A stretch of 64,000 nucleotides of DNA from an uncultured Planctomycetota bacterium (GTDB taxonomy: Bacteria > Planctomycetota > Planctomycetia > Isosphaerales > Isosphaeraceae): positions 2,400,001-2,464,000 of the forward strand of contig CAWGMQ010000004.1 in the NCBI GenBank assembly GCA_963823665.1. The letters run 5' to 3'. The notes below the pieces were generated by a model. The model was given only the letters and a program-made list of their open reading frames with translations, did not search any database and was not told the DNA's origin. Shown here in pieces: positions 1 to 9,714 of this stretch. The stretch's first letter is position 1. Each line of letters begins with the position of its first letter. Position numbers and translations under genes: made by a program.

Positions 1-164
1 CTCAAAAGCGCGCGAAGCTCAAGCTGTTCCAGGTTCGGGCGACGTCGACCGCTGACGCCATGGCGCACGCGAGACCCTGGAGGAAGCAAGTCCTGATCCC
101 GGTTCGAGCAGAAGCTACGTTCGGCGAAATGAAGCCGCTTGAAAGTACAAATTCGCTTGAGCAT
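1..164 (-). CDS. 5' end of a planctomycete extracellular (LExRxLL-leader) protein, running off the window edge; not in the ORF track
   Basis: ATG at 164 after a G-rich tract reads MLKRICTFKRLHFAERSFCSNRDQDLLPPGSRVRHGVSGRRRPNLEQLELRALL.., ending in the RRRxxLExLExRxLL motif. Confidence 0.75.
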   Translation of the reverse strand, partial: MLKRICTFKRLHFAERSFCSNRDQDLLPPGSRVRHGVSGRRRPNLEQLELRALL

Positions 165-293
165 AAGGTGCAAACCCCCTGGCGATGCTGCGGTTCCATC
201 CAGACGTTCACGCTTCTGCCATCTCTTCTAGCCTAGCTCGGCGACTTCGCCCGGAGCCCAGCGTGATGACGAAACGAATCACGAAGATGTGAA

Positions 294-1768
294 TCAGAGC
301 AGCGAGTTCAGGTCATCGATTGACTGATCGACCGCCTGCAGCACCGTGGATACCGCCCCGGTACCGCTTGACGCACTCGATACCGACGTACTGCCATTGC
401 TTGTTTGAGCAGTGTCTGAATTGGATGTTGACGCTGTTGTTCCGGCGATGGAAATGGCGACAGCTTGGAGAGCGGTTACCGTGCTGCTTGTTTGAGTGAG
501 CAGACCTGCCGCGACGCTTCCGACCACATCAGGCACTATTGACATGGTCTCCACCCACCCGGTCAAGGTGCCTATGACGTTCTGCAGACCAAGATCCTCT
601 AAAAGTCCAGTGAGTGGGTCGGTGGGGGGGGCGTTATCGTTGGATGTACCACCCGCCTGAGATGGCTGCGCAGCGACTACAGTAGAAGGCGGCGCTATGG
701 CGCTTGTGGCTGCGAACCGAAGTTGACCTCCAAGCCGTAGGCGCCGATCGGGCCGGGCCCGCTGGCGGAGAGCACCTTGATGTAATACTCCTGGCCGGGC
801 TGCACGCTCGCGCTTACGCTGAATGTTGCACCGAGCGAACCAATTGTGCCTGCCTCGCCAATCAAGCTGAGCGACGAGTTGTATACCTGCAGCTTGGGCG
901 AAAGTGAGCTCAATGCGCTCGACTGCGCGGAGACGCTCATGGTTCCATTCGAGGTTGACGGCACGTTGACGGAAAACCATTCACTGTCACCGTCCGTCGT
1001 GATGTCGAGCCCGGACAGACTGATCTGATTGTTGCTCAGGAATGAGTTGATGGCCGTCGCCGTCGAATACGAATTGTTGCGTTTGGCGCCGGTATTGAAC
1101 TGATCGAACTGCGGTGTGCCGTAGATCGACTGGATGCCGCTGATGTCGTCGCTCGTGAGAGCCTGTTTGATTCCATTATATGTGCCGTACATCACGGCCG
1201 TGGAAACGGTCGATTCTCCCAGCCCCAGCGCATGTCCAAACTCGTGAGCGACGACCGTCAACAGGTCGTAGTTCGAGTTGATTTGCCAGTTGACACTTGA
1301 GTTAAGCAGGATGTCGCCCGCATCGGTGCCGCCATTGGCAGGGGGTGGCACGAAGGTGATTGCAAGGACGGACGAGCCCAATGGCACTGCACCAATGCGA
1401 ATATCTCCAAAACGTGGGTCATCTTGCTGATCTCCGGAGGTCCCCACCGGCTCGCCGCCGTCCGGCACCATTGCCAGATTGACGTTCGTGACATTCTCCC
1501 ACAACGACGCGGCTGTTTCGATTTGCTGCTCCCAAGTTGAAGTGGGGAACTTTGCATCGAGCATTTGAAAAAGCGTGCTTGGGACTCCGCCCACATTGGT
1601 CCCGTCGGGCATGAAGCTGTAAGTGATGCGGCTTGAGTAGGTCCACTGGTCACCCAGGGCGGAGTACAGCAAGAGTCGCGTTTCCAGGCCTTCCAGTTCC
1701 AGGCGCATGCCACGAAGATGCTTCTTTTGATTGCGTGTTCGACGAAAGGGCACACGAAGACCAAGCAT
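294..1768 (-). CDS. Secreted matrixin-like (M10/metzincin) metalloprotease with a PPC-like domain and Ser/Thr-rich tail; one frameshift near 698
   Basis: LEGLETRLLL leader, GDIRIG, GDILLN, HEFGHALGLGE and a Met-turn (AVMY). ORF 695-1768 joins the 294-980 frame (QPQAP|IAPPSTVV) with one added base. RBS GGAG. Confidence 0.85.
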
Positions 1769-2050
1769 TTTTCCAACTCCGGTTGCTTTTCAAGAGAGAA
1801 TTAAACGTGTGAGATTTGATGGCATCCATCGAATGCAACAGGCCGACACGACAAAACCTTGCACACAACCACGGCTGATGCCCGCGCACGGTCGTGCTGA
1901 TTCAAGCGTAGTCCGGCACTTTAATCAGAAGTTGAACCACGTTGTTTTCGGCCATCATTGCTGCGATCAGGCATCGAAGCCCGAGCCAAGGTGCGTTGCA
2001 GCGCAAACCCGCGGGGAGGCCGATTGATCTGTTACATCTCGATGCGGGTT

Positions 2051-2095
2051 AAAACGACAACGGCGGCGCTTCTCGGGAAGAGAAGCGTCGCCGTT
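2051..2095 (-). terminator. Probable intrinsic terminator downstream of the repeat-protein gene
   Basis: 16-bp stem AACGGCGGCGCTTCTC/GAGAAGCGTCGCCGTT (one imperfect pair) with a T tract a few nt further on the minus strand. Confidence 0.65.
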
Positions 2096-2182
2096 TGGCC
2101 GTCTTCAATCGCGGGGAACTTAAGTGGATTGCACCGATATCGAGTGTTTGCGCACCGAATCCGCCAAACGCCTCGACAAGCG

Positions 2183-3145
2183 TTACTGGCCAGACGCCTT
2201 GACTGGCGCCTGTGGAGCACCCATCGGACCACTGTAGCCGCCCTTACCAGGTGCTTGTGGTGCCGGAGAGACCTTCGCCGGTGCCTGGGCAGCCGGCAGA
2301 ATCTTGGCGGGGGCCTGAGCGGTTGGCGCTACTTTGCTCGGAGCCTGAGCGGCTGGCATGATCTTGGCCGGAGCCTGGGCGGCCGGTGAGACCTTGCTCG
2401 GAGCCTGAGCGGCTGGCATGATCTTGGCCGGAGCCTGGGCGGCCGGTGAGACCTTGCTCGGGGCCTGAGCAGCCGGCATGACTTTGCCCGGAGCTTGACC
2501 CGCGGGCATGACCTTGCTGGGAGCAGCGGCAGCCGCCGGCCAGCTCTTGGCGGGCGCTTGGGGTGCCGGAGAAACCTTGCTCGGAGCCTGGCCAGCGGGC
2601 ATGGCTTTGCCCGGGGCTTGCCCCGCGGGCATGACCTTGCCCGGAGCCTGGCCGGCGGGCATGACCTTGCTGGGAGCAGCGGCAGCAGCCGGCCAGCCTT
2701 TCCCAGGAGCTTGGGGAGCTGGTGAGATCTTGCTCGGGGCTTGCGCAGCCGGCATGACCTTACCCGGAGCTTGGCCCGCGGGCATAATCTTGCCAGGAGC
2801 TTGAGCAGCCGGCATCACCTTGCCCGGCGCCTGCGCAGCCGGAGAAACTTTACTCGGCGCCGCAGCCGCGGGCCAGCCTTTCCCCGGCGCTTGAGGCGCG
2901 GGAGAAACTTTGGTAGGGGCGACGGCCGCCGGCAACGATTTACCGGGAGCCTGGGCCGTCGGCGACACTTTACTGGGGGCAACAGCCGCGGGCAAACCCT
3001 TGGCCGGTGCCTGAGCAGCCGGGGCAACCTTACCTGGGGCCTGTGCCGCCGGCAACACTTTGCCTGGTCCCTGAGCTGCCGCCATGGGCCCTTGCGGGCT
3101 CTGGCCGGTCAGACCCAAGGCAAGTACCAATACCGCACTGGTCAT
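2183..3145 (-). CDS. Secreted Pro/Ala-rich protein of about 27 decapeptide repeats (xKVxPAAQAP)
   Basis: Likely start ATG 3145 (RBS GAGGA), short hydrophobic leader MTSAVLVLALGLTG-Q, then 30-bp/10-aa repeats; downstream terminator. Confidence 0.85.
   Translation of the reverse strand: MTSAVLVLALGLTGQSPQGPMAAAQGPGKVLPAAQAPGKVAPAAQAPAKGLPAAVAPSKVSPTAQAPGKSLPAAVAPTKVSPAPQAPGKGWPAAAAPSKVSPAAQAPGKVMPAAQAPGKIMPAGQAPGKVMPAAQAPSKISPAPQAPGKGWPAAAAAPSKVMPAGQAPGKVMPAGQAPGKAMPAGQAPSKVSPAPQAPAKSWPAAAAAPSKVMPAGQAPGKVMPAAQAPSKVSPAAQAPAKIMPAAQAPSKVSPAAQAPAKIMPAAQAPSKVAPTAQAPAKILPAAQAPAKVSPAPQAPGKGGYSGPMGAPQAPVKASGQ
2245..3064 (-). repeat. Coding tandem repeat, about 27 x 30 bp (two units of 33 bp)
   Basis: For example GGAGCCTGAGCGGCTGGCATGATCTTGGCC recurs at 2341 and 2401; the translation has a 10-aa period. 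Confidence 0.9.
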
Positions 3146-3729
3146 CGCGATGTCCTCTTGTGAAGAGTGAGTTTGACGGTCCCCGTCTCGATCGAGTCGG
3201 TGTTCTGAGAATCCCCTGATGGTCTGGTGCGGTCGCTGGTTGTTGAGCGTCCTTTTCGCCAGATCCACCGTCACAGTTCGGATCATCTGCCGAACGCATA
3301 AAAGCGTTCTCCAGTGAACCTGTTCCCCAACCCGCGCTCGGGAACCGATCACGCAGGCCTCGGCACGGTGGCGGAAGCCTCAAGCCGGTCGTCTTGGCCG
3401 ACTCTCGCTCTCCACCCCCAGGGGTGGCCATTGTGGTTATCGGCAGACCTGTTGTCCTCATTCACAGAACTTGAGAAAATCGAGGAACTGCCAGGTTGAC
3501 GAACTCTAGGGGCTTTGACGAGTTTCAAGAGAGTAGGTGGTGTATCTTGGAGAATTGACATCCACCAACGGTTGCTTCGAAGCCGAACGTTGAGTGTGTC
3601 TAGGAGGTCCGCGTCGGTCAGGATGAGTCGTTGCGGTTGTCGTGAAGAGGGATACTTCTGCGACTTCCGGGACTCGAGGGCCGGTGCTCTTCGGTTCAGC
3701 ATAATTCTACACCGGTATTGGGAGGCAGC

Positions 3730-5301
3730 ATGCGTATTGGCAACTGGCTCGGGGGTTCGGTGATCATGATGCTGGCTGTCGTCCATGGTATGGCGGCAAC
3801 CGCGCGCACTGCCGAGCAAGTCACGACTGTCCCGACGGCCGTCCCGCTCGGAGGATCACTCGACGGCCAGTCCGGCGATCATTATTTCGGTATCTATGTT
3901 CCGACGCGATTCGGAGGCGAGCTCCAGGTCAAATCAACGTCGGGCAAGGTCGCCGAGCTCAAGCGCCCCAATGGCACAGCGCTTGAGAACGGTCAGGACA
4001 TCGGGTTTGACCAGCATGGCTGGTATACCTTCAAAGTGGAAGGCGCTACGAAACCCTACTCGGTGGAGAACGCGTTCGTTCAACACGCACAGAGCACGAA
4101 GAAGCCCTGGAACTTCTACTACTGGCCGACCAAGGGTGACTCGATTCACGAGCCGTGGGCTGGCGGCAACGCGCGAGTTGACACAATGAGCAGAAACGGC
4201 GATGACATGTTCGTCGCTTCGCCAGGCGGCTATATCGCCCCGGGAAATGACATCATCCTCCCGGGTGCCAATGGATTACTGGAAACTCTCCCACAGGCCG
4301 GTGACGACGCCACCTGGTTCCCGAACCTGTACGACGACTTGACCTGGGTTGGCCCGGACAAGAACAACGGCGGTCAAATCACACGGTTCATGACCCCGTC
4401 ACCCATGCTGAAATACGACCAGCTCTTCGGAACCTCGGGCCGTCAATGGGAAGCGGCGTTCAGCCAGAACAGGGATATCTCGCGCTGGCCCGGCCATTGC
4501 CTCGGAGGCGCTGTTGCGTCGATCCTCTTGAATGAGCCGACTCCGGCGCCCTGGACCGGGATGACTCGTGATGAACTCAAGGCCCTCTGGGCGGAGCTGG
4601 GCGAAAATCACTACAACCACCGGATTGGCGACTATGCCAACGAAATTCCTCCTGGCCCCCCCCGCCCTGGTTATGATGTGTGCGACTGGAAAGCCCCCAG
4701 GGTGCACGCGATGCTCGAGACCCACATTCGGGGTGAGAAGAAGGCCCTCCTCGCCAATCTCCGGGCGTTTCCACCGCGCGGAACGATCAATGAGGTATGG
4801 AACCACGGCGTTTACATGTACACCGCCAAGTACAATTCCATCGCTGGCCGCGGTCCCCGTGCCGTCAAGATCTCGCTCGAGCTTCACGCCAACTCGGGTT
4901 CTTGCATCAACGGTCAAGACGACAAAGATCGGGTGATCTACTACGAGTACAACCTGGTTTACGGCCTGGACGGCAAGATCGACGAATCCAATCCGGCCGC
5001 CGCCGACTGGATCTCGGTTCGTGGCGAAGCCCTTTTCGCCCCGCTGAATGTTCTCGAGCTGGTCGAATCACGCTGGGCCGGCCACAACCAGCAGATCACC
5101 GAAGGGAACGTCCGGTCGCTCGACCTGGCGAACGGCGGCACCAATCGTCAGCGGGTCGCGCAAGCACCGCAGTTTCGACCTGTGCTGGAGTATGAAGCCG
5201 GTCGTCCCAGAATGATCGCCGCCGATACGACGACGGAAGAAGATCGACCCCGATCGGGTGGAGGAGGCGGGTTCTTCAGAAGGATCTTCGGTGGCCGTTA
5301 A
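3730..5301 (+). CDS. Secreted GP42/transglutaminase-elicitor-family protein (papain-like Cys enzyme)
   Basis: RBS GGAGG, ATG 3730 and a signal peptide. Ordered motifs PWNFYYWPTKGDSI, SPMLKYD, WPGHCLGGAVASILLNEP, ELKAL, EVWNH and YEYNL..DGKI..W match the recalled family pattern (PW..YWP..DSI, S..EKY, WxGxCHxW..AI..EP, DLKAL, EVWNQP). Confidence 0.75.
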   Translation: MRIGNWLGGSVIMMLAVVHGMAATARTAEQVTTVPTAVPLGGSLDGQSGDHYFGIYVPTRFGGELQVKSTSGKVAELKRPNGTALENGQDIGFDQHGWYTFKVEGATKPYSVENAFVQHAQSTKKPWNFYYWPTKGDSIHEPWAGGNARVDTMSRNGDDMFVASPGGYIAPGNDIILPGANGLLETLPQAGDDATWFPNLYDDLTWVGPDKNNGGQITRFMTPSPMLKYDQLFGTSGRQWEAAFSQNRDISRWPGHCLGGAVASILLNEPTPAPWTGMTRDELKALWAELGENHYNHRIGDYANEIPPGPPRPGYDVCDWKAPRVHAMLETHIRGEKKALLANLRAFPPRGTINEVWNHGVYMYTAKYNSIAGRGPRAVKISLELHANSGSCINGQDDKDRVIYYEYNLVYGLDGKIDESNPAAADWISVRGEALFAPLNVLELVESRWAGHNQQITEGNVRSLDLANGGTNRQRVAQAPQFRPVLEYEAGRPRMIAADTTTEEDRPRSGGGGGFFRRIFGGR

Positions 5302-5303
5302 TT

Positions 5304-5389
5304 GTCAGTGGTCAGTGGTCAGTTGCTTGTCGTGCCCCTGGGTGCAATGCACGATTCAAGAGGTGCCGCATTCAAGCAACTGACCACTG
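5304..5389. repeat. Heptamer (GTCAGTG) tandem with a 17-bp perfect inverted repeat
   Basis: CAGTGGTCAGTTGCTTG (5313-5329) and CAAGCAACTGACCACTG (5373-5389), 43-nt spacer. Confidence 0.8.
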
Positions 5390-5633
5390 CAAATTACAAC
5401 TAACAATTGTATCGATTCTTCCGACCGCTCAATCAAATCGATCGGGTCTCCTTTCGATTTCGTCATTTTCGTCACGGCTGTTCAAGTTTGACGGCGACGG
5501 CAGACGATTAATCAGTTCGACTCAGTCGAGCCGCCGTGCGTTGAAAGCTCCACTCCAGCGCACCAGGTGGCCGACTACTGGAAGCCGCTGCCGCGAGTTG
5601 TGACGGGTCTTCTCTGAGCGTTAGGGTGCTGCC

Positions 5634-6176
5634 ATGAGCCACGGCGATCTCGATCTCGTGATAAACGACCCGACGGTGGATGATTCCCAACGGATGCTTT
5701 TGCATTCGCTGGCCGTCATGATCGAGGTACCCGCGGTCAAGCCAAGCCCGATCGAGCGGGTCCCGCGGACGAACTCGCGGACCGCGCGAACAGTGAAACG
5801 AGCGTCTCGCCGTTCCAGGCGACGTGTTCGCCGGAAGGTATACCTGGCTGGTTGTACCCTGCTGGCTTTGGTACCGATCGTCTCGGCGTGCACACTCGGT
5901 TGGTCAAATCGGCCGGACCGCATCATCGCCTGTTCGATCCCAGAACCGCTGCAAGCGGCGAGCACGATGGATCGCGACAGTTTCTCCCAGATGGCGCCCT
6001 CCGACGGAACAGAAACTGCGACGGGGCAGGCGATGATCGCCTCGCGTAGGACCGCCATCGTCTCCGGTGAGGCAGCGGCCGTGGCACCCGTGAGTGCCGT
6101 CGAGCCTCCCGTGATTTTGCCCGGCTATTTGCTACCGGATGACAGCCGCGAGGATGTGTTGCATGAGGGAAGTTGA
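5634..6176 (+). CDS. Hypothetical single-pass membrane protein
   Basis: Arg-rich stretch followed by a hydrophobic segment (VYLAGCTLLALVPIVSACTLGW); overlaps the start of the next gene. Confidence 0.6.
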   Translation: MSHGDLDLVINDPTVDDSQRMLLHSLAVMIEVPAVKPSPIERVPRTNSRTARTVKRASRRSRRRVRRKVYLAGCTLLALVPIVSACTLGWSNRPDRIIACSIPEPLQAASTMDRDSFSQMAPSDGTETATGQAMIASRRTAIVSGEAAAVAPVSAVEPPVILPGYLLPDDSREDVLHEGS

Positions 6177-6932
6177 CGAGGCACTGGCACGGGCTTACGC
6201 CAAGCGCGACGTGGCCGATCAACCCCAGGGAGTACCTCCAGCACCCATCTGCCGGCTCGCGTACTCCACCCGGAACGCAATGAGCAACCCGAATTAGAAA
6301 AGTCGGTCGAATTGCAGTGGCCTGCACTCGTCCTGGCACTCGAACGGAATTGGGGCGCACGGTTCGAGCGAATGGCGCAGCTTCTCCTCGCTGCGCAAAA
6401 ACAGCAGAGCTTGAAGGCCATTCTTTTCACGAGCTGTCATCGCGCTGAAGGGCGCACGACCCTTGTTCTAACCCTGGCGCGGGCCCTTTCTCGCCATCCG
6501 CTTCGTACGCTCATCGTGGACAGCGATTTGACCGGCCCGATGGTTGCAAGGCTGGTGGGCCTGCGACCGCATGTGGGGCTTGAAGATGTGGTTGAGGATG
6601 GCAAGGCCCTCGCGGATGCGCTGATCGACGCATCCGACGATCATCTCACAATCTTGCCCATGCGCACGGCGGTCTCGCGACCGCGCGACTTCCTTGCGAG
6701 CCCTGCCTGGACTTGCACGCTTGCCCGGCTCCGGCGTGAATTCGATCTCATTCTGCTAGACGGCGGCCCCCTCTTCACCGGATTGAGCGCAGCCCTGTTG
6801 CACCGGTCGGTCGATGCAGCGGTTCTGGTGCACCACAAAGGGATGACCGGTGAGCGTGCCGTGCTCCGCGCCCGCGAGGTCCTCGAGGCGGGAGGAATCC
6901 CCCTTCTGGGATTAGCGGAGACCTTCGTGTAA
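6163..6932 (+). CDS. CpsD/CapB (Wzc-like) P-loop protein; frameshift near 6246
   Basis: ATG 6163 (MREVDEALARAY..) joins the 6312 frame with one added base. Motifs FTSCHRAEGRTT, LIVDSDL, FDLILLDGGP and VDAAVLV. Confidence 0.8.
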
Positions 6933-6945
6933 GGCGGGAGGCCCT

Positions 6946-7743
6946 GTGTACGAAGCACACTACGGCCTGAACGAGCGCCCGTTCGGTGAGACCACAAGCA
7001 CTGCGGCGTACGTTGCCGTGCCAAGCCGTGATGCGATTGTACGACGGTTGCACTACGCACTTATGCACGACGCCGGGCCAGCGATGCTTGTTGGCCCTCC
7101 CGGCTCGGGCAAAACCATCGTTGCCCGTCGAATGGCGGCTGAACTGAGCGCACTTCCGGTGCATGTCGTGTTTCCCGCGCTCTCGCCGGCGGAGCTACTC
7201 GCATACCTGGCCCATGAATTCGGCCACACAGCTCACGTGGACCCCTCTCCGCACCTGGCTCTACGTTACCTCCGTGACCGTTTTGCCGCGATGGCGAAGA
7301 ACGGAGAACGACCGCTGGTCATCGTCGATGACGCACACTTGATCCGAGACCTCGCGACCTTTGATGTCTTGCGGCTCCTGCTCAATTTCAACTCAACCGA
7401 ACGGCCTGACCTTGCGCTCCTTCTTGTCGGCGCCCCGGAACTGGTCCTTGACCTGCCGGCTGGACTGGCCGACCGCCTCGCGACGCGAACCGTAGTAGGC
7501 CCTTTTTCCGACGAAGAGTCTGCCACTTATATTGTCGGCCGACTGGGCAATATCGATGCTCGAGAGCACCTCTTCACCCGAGGTGCCCTGGCCTCGCTTC
7601 ATCAGGCTGCCGATGGTCTGCCTCGTCGTCTCAACCGTTTGGCTGACTTGGCTTTGCTGATTGCATACGCACAAGATCGCACTGGCGTCGATGATTCGGT
7701 CGTGCAGATTGCAGCCCGAGAGCTCAATCGCGAGGCGGCCTGA
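6946..7743 (+). CDS. ExeA/GspA-family AAA ATPase
   Basis: MYEAHYGLNERPF N-terminus, Walker A GPPGSGKT, Walker B IVDDAH, LLLVGAPEL, GLPRRLNRL; RBS GGAGG. Confidence 0.9.
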   Translation: MYEAHYGLNERPFGETTSTAAYVAVPSRDAIVRRLHYALMHDAGPAMLVGPPGSGKTIVARRMAAELSALPVHVVFPALSPAELLAYLAHEFGHTAHVDPSPHLALRYLRDRFAAMAKNGERPLVIVDDAHLIRDLATFDVLRLLLNFNSTERPDLALLLVGAPELVLDLPAGLADRLATRTVVGPFSDEESATYIVGRLGNIDAREHLFTRGALASLHQAADGLPRRLNRLADLALLIAYAQDRTGVDDSVVQIAARELNREAA

Positions 7744-7967
7744 ATCAAGCCAAGTTGTCCAGCCTCGAACCCCCCCTACCCCATCTGCCTTTCCAAATCT
7801 CCCTATCCTCTTTCGTCGCTTGCCCGCGTCGAAATCTCGGGTGAGTCCGGCAGACGAAATGGAGACCTCGCGATAGAATCCCGGCCCCGTGGATACTCAG
7901 GGCTGCCGACCGCTCTTCAATGTGCGACGGGCAGAGATGGATTGACGCCGAATCAGGGAGGACCAAA

Positions 7968-9689
7968 GTGGCGACTCCGCGAGATGATAGAAGGACGTGT
8001 CTCCGCAACATCATCCTTTCGATCGTTGCACTCGCTTCAACCGGCATACTCCGGCCTGCGCCTTTGCATGGGCAGGATCCGCCCGCTGCTCCGACTCCCA
8101 TTCCTGATGCACCCGCGGCGCAAGGGGGAGCAGCAGAACCGGCGGCGGATCAAACCGACGCCCAGGGCGGGCAAGTCATGACGCGCGGCCCGATTCACGA
8201 GGCGTTCGCCGCGCCGGTCGTCCATGATCCCAAAGCCTCGCCGCCAATCGAGAAGCAACCGCCGGCACCGATCCAGGAAGAACCACCCGACCAGAAGCCA
8301 GCCGGTCAGAATGTCCAATGGATACCCGGTTACTGGAGCTGGGACGTCTCTCGCAGTGATTTCATCTGGGTGAGCGGAATCTGGCGCGAGCCGCCGCCGA
8401 ACAGCCAATGGGTGCCCGGCTACTGGCACGATGTCGAAGGGGGCCACCAATGGGTCGCGGGAACCTGGATTCCTGCGAGCACGGCACAGTCGCAAAGCCA
8501 GCAATCGTACCTACCGCCACCACCGGCGAGCCTCGAGGCCGGAGCTAACTCGCCACCGCCGGCGGCCAACGTGAACTGGACTCCTGGTTACTGGTCCTGG
8601 CAGGCGTCGGGCTATGTCTGGCGGCCTGGATTCTGGGCCGCCGTTCAGCCGAACTGGATCTGGATGCCGGCGCACTACGTTTATACCCCGAGCGGCTATC
8701 TTTTTGTGCCGGGCTACTGGGATCTACCGGTTGCAAATCGTGGCCTGATGTTCGCACCGGTTTATTATCCTCAGCCGGTTTACGCGCAGCCGGGATTCTC
8801 ATTCACGCCGTCGATCAGCATCGTCGGATCGGCCGTGACGGCCAACCTGTTCGTGCAGGCAAGCACTAACCAGTACCTCTTCGGTAATTTTTACGCTCAG
8901 AACTTTGTGAGCGTCGGAATCACACCCTGGTTCTCTTTCTCGTTTGCAGCGGGCCGGCCCGCGTATTACGACCCGCTATTCTCGTACTACGCCGTGATCA
9001 ACGTGCGGCAGAACCCGGGCTGGGTGGCGGCTGTGCGCGAACAGTATGCCCTTCGTCTGGCGCGACCAGAGCTGAGGCCACCAAACACTTTCATCGAGCA
9101 GACGCGCATCATCGAGCGAAACGTGACCATCAACCGTAATATCACGGTTGTCGATCACCGTGAGCTGGCGATGCCGCTGAGCAAACTGGCGGCCGAACCC
9201 GGCCGGGGAATGCGACTGGTCAAGGTGGAAGAAGCCGAGCGCCAGCAAATCCGGCGACAGACGGCCGAGTTGCATCAGTTTCGCAAGCAGCGTTTGCAGC
9301 AAGAACGACAGGGAGCGAGAGAACGCGCCGCCGACGGTGGCAACCGACCCCGTCCGATGAATCTGCCGCACTCGCCGGTTGCTGCTCACCCTGCGCACGC
9401 GGATGTTGCTCATCATGTGGGAGAAGCTCATCCCGGCGGTGCACAGCAGGGTGCCGCCCGGCGATCGGATATGTTGCAGCATTCGTCGCGAGAGCCGGCA
9501 GCAGGACGAGCCGCGCATTCAGGCGAGGCCGCGGCTGAAGCACGGCGGCCGGCTCAAGGAGCAGGAAACGCCCGCAATCAGGCACGGCCGGGAACGGGTC
9601 GTCCCGCGGCTCGTGAACCAGCGCGTTCTGCTGCGGGCGAGCGAAATCGCCAGCGCGGGCGCGAGAACGAGGAAGAAAAGCCTCGTTAA
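7968..9689 (+). CDS. Secreted WXXGXW/YXWGXW-repeat protein with a disordered Arg/Ala-rich tail
   Basis: GTG 7968 after GGAGG, signal peptide, RGPIHEAFA, then repeated WIPGYWSW, WVSGIW, WVPGYW, WTPGYW and WRPGFW. Confidence 0.85.
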   Translation: MATPRDDRRTCLRNIILSIVALASTGILRPAPLHGQDPPAAPTPIPDAPAAQGGAAEPAADQTDAQGGQVMTRGPIHEAFAAPVVHDPKASPPIEKQPPAPIQEEPPDQKPAGQNVQWIPGYWSWDVSRSDFIWVSGIWREPPPNSQWVPGYWHDVEGGHQWVAGTWIPASTAQSQSQQSYLPPPPASLEAGANSPPPAANVNWTPGYWSWQASGYVWRPGFWAAVQPNWIWMPAHYVYTPSGYLFVPGYWDLPVANRGLMFAPVYYPQPVYAQPGFSFTPSISIVGSAVTANLFVQASTNQYLFGNFYAQNFVSVGITPWFSFSFAAGRPAYYDPLFSYYAVINVRQNPGWVAAVREQYALRLARPELRPPNTFIEQTRIIERNVTINRNITVVDHRELAMPLSKLAAEPGRGMRLVKVEEAERQQIRRQTAELHQFRKQRLQQERQGARERAADGGNRPRPMNLPHSPVAAHPAHADVAHHVGEAHPGGAQQGAARRSDMLQHSSREPAAGRAAHSGEAAAEARRPAQGAGNARNQARPGTGRPAAREPARSAAGERNRQRGRENEEEKPR

Positions 9690-9714
9690 CTGCGGTCTCT
9701 CGGCATACCTTGGT

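Noticed and set aside
2..211. 69-aa minus-strand ORF in the track
   Set aside because: Another frame (ATG 164) carries the LExRxLL leader and is the more plausible gene.
3430..3480. Sigma-28-like GCCGATAA element on the minus strand (a similar TCAAG..GACGATTA lies near 5482-5510)
   Set aside because: No properly spaced -35 element at the first site, and short matches are not enough without TSS data.
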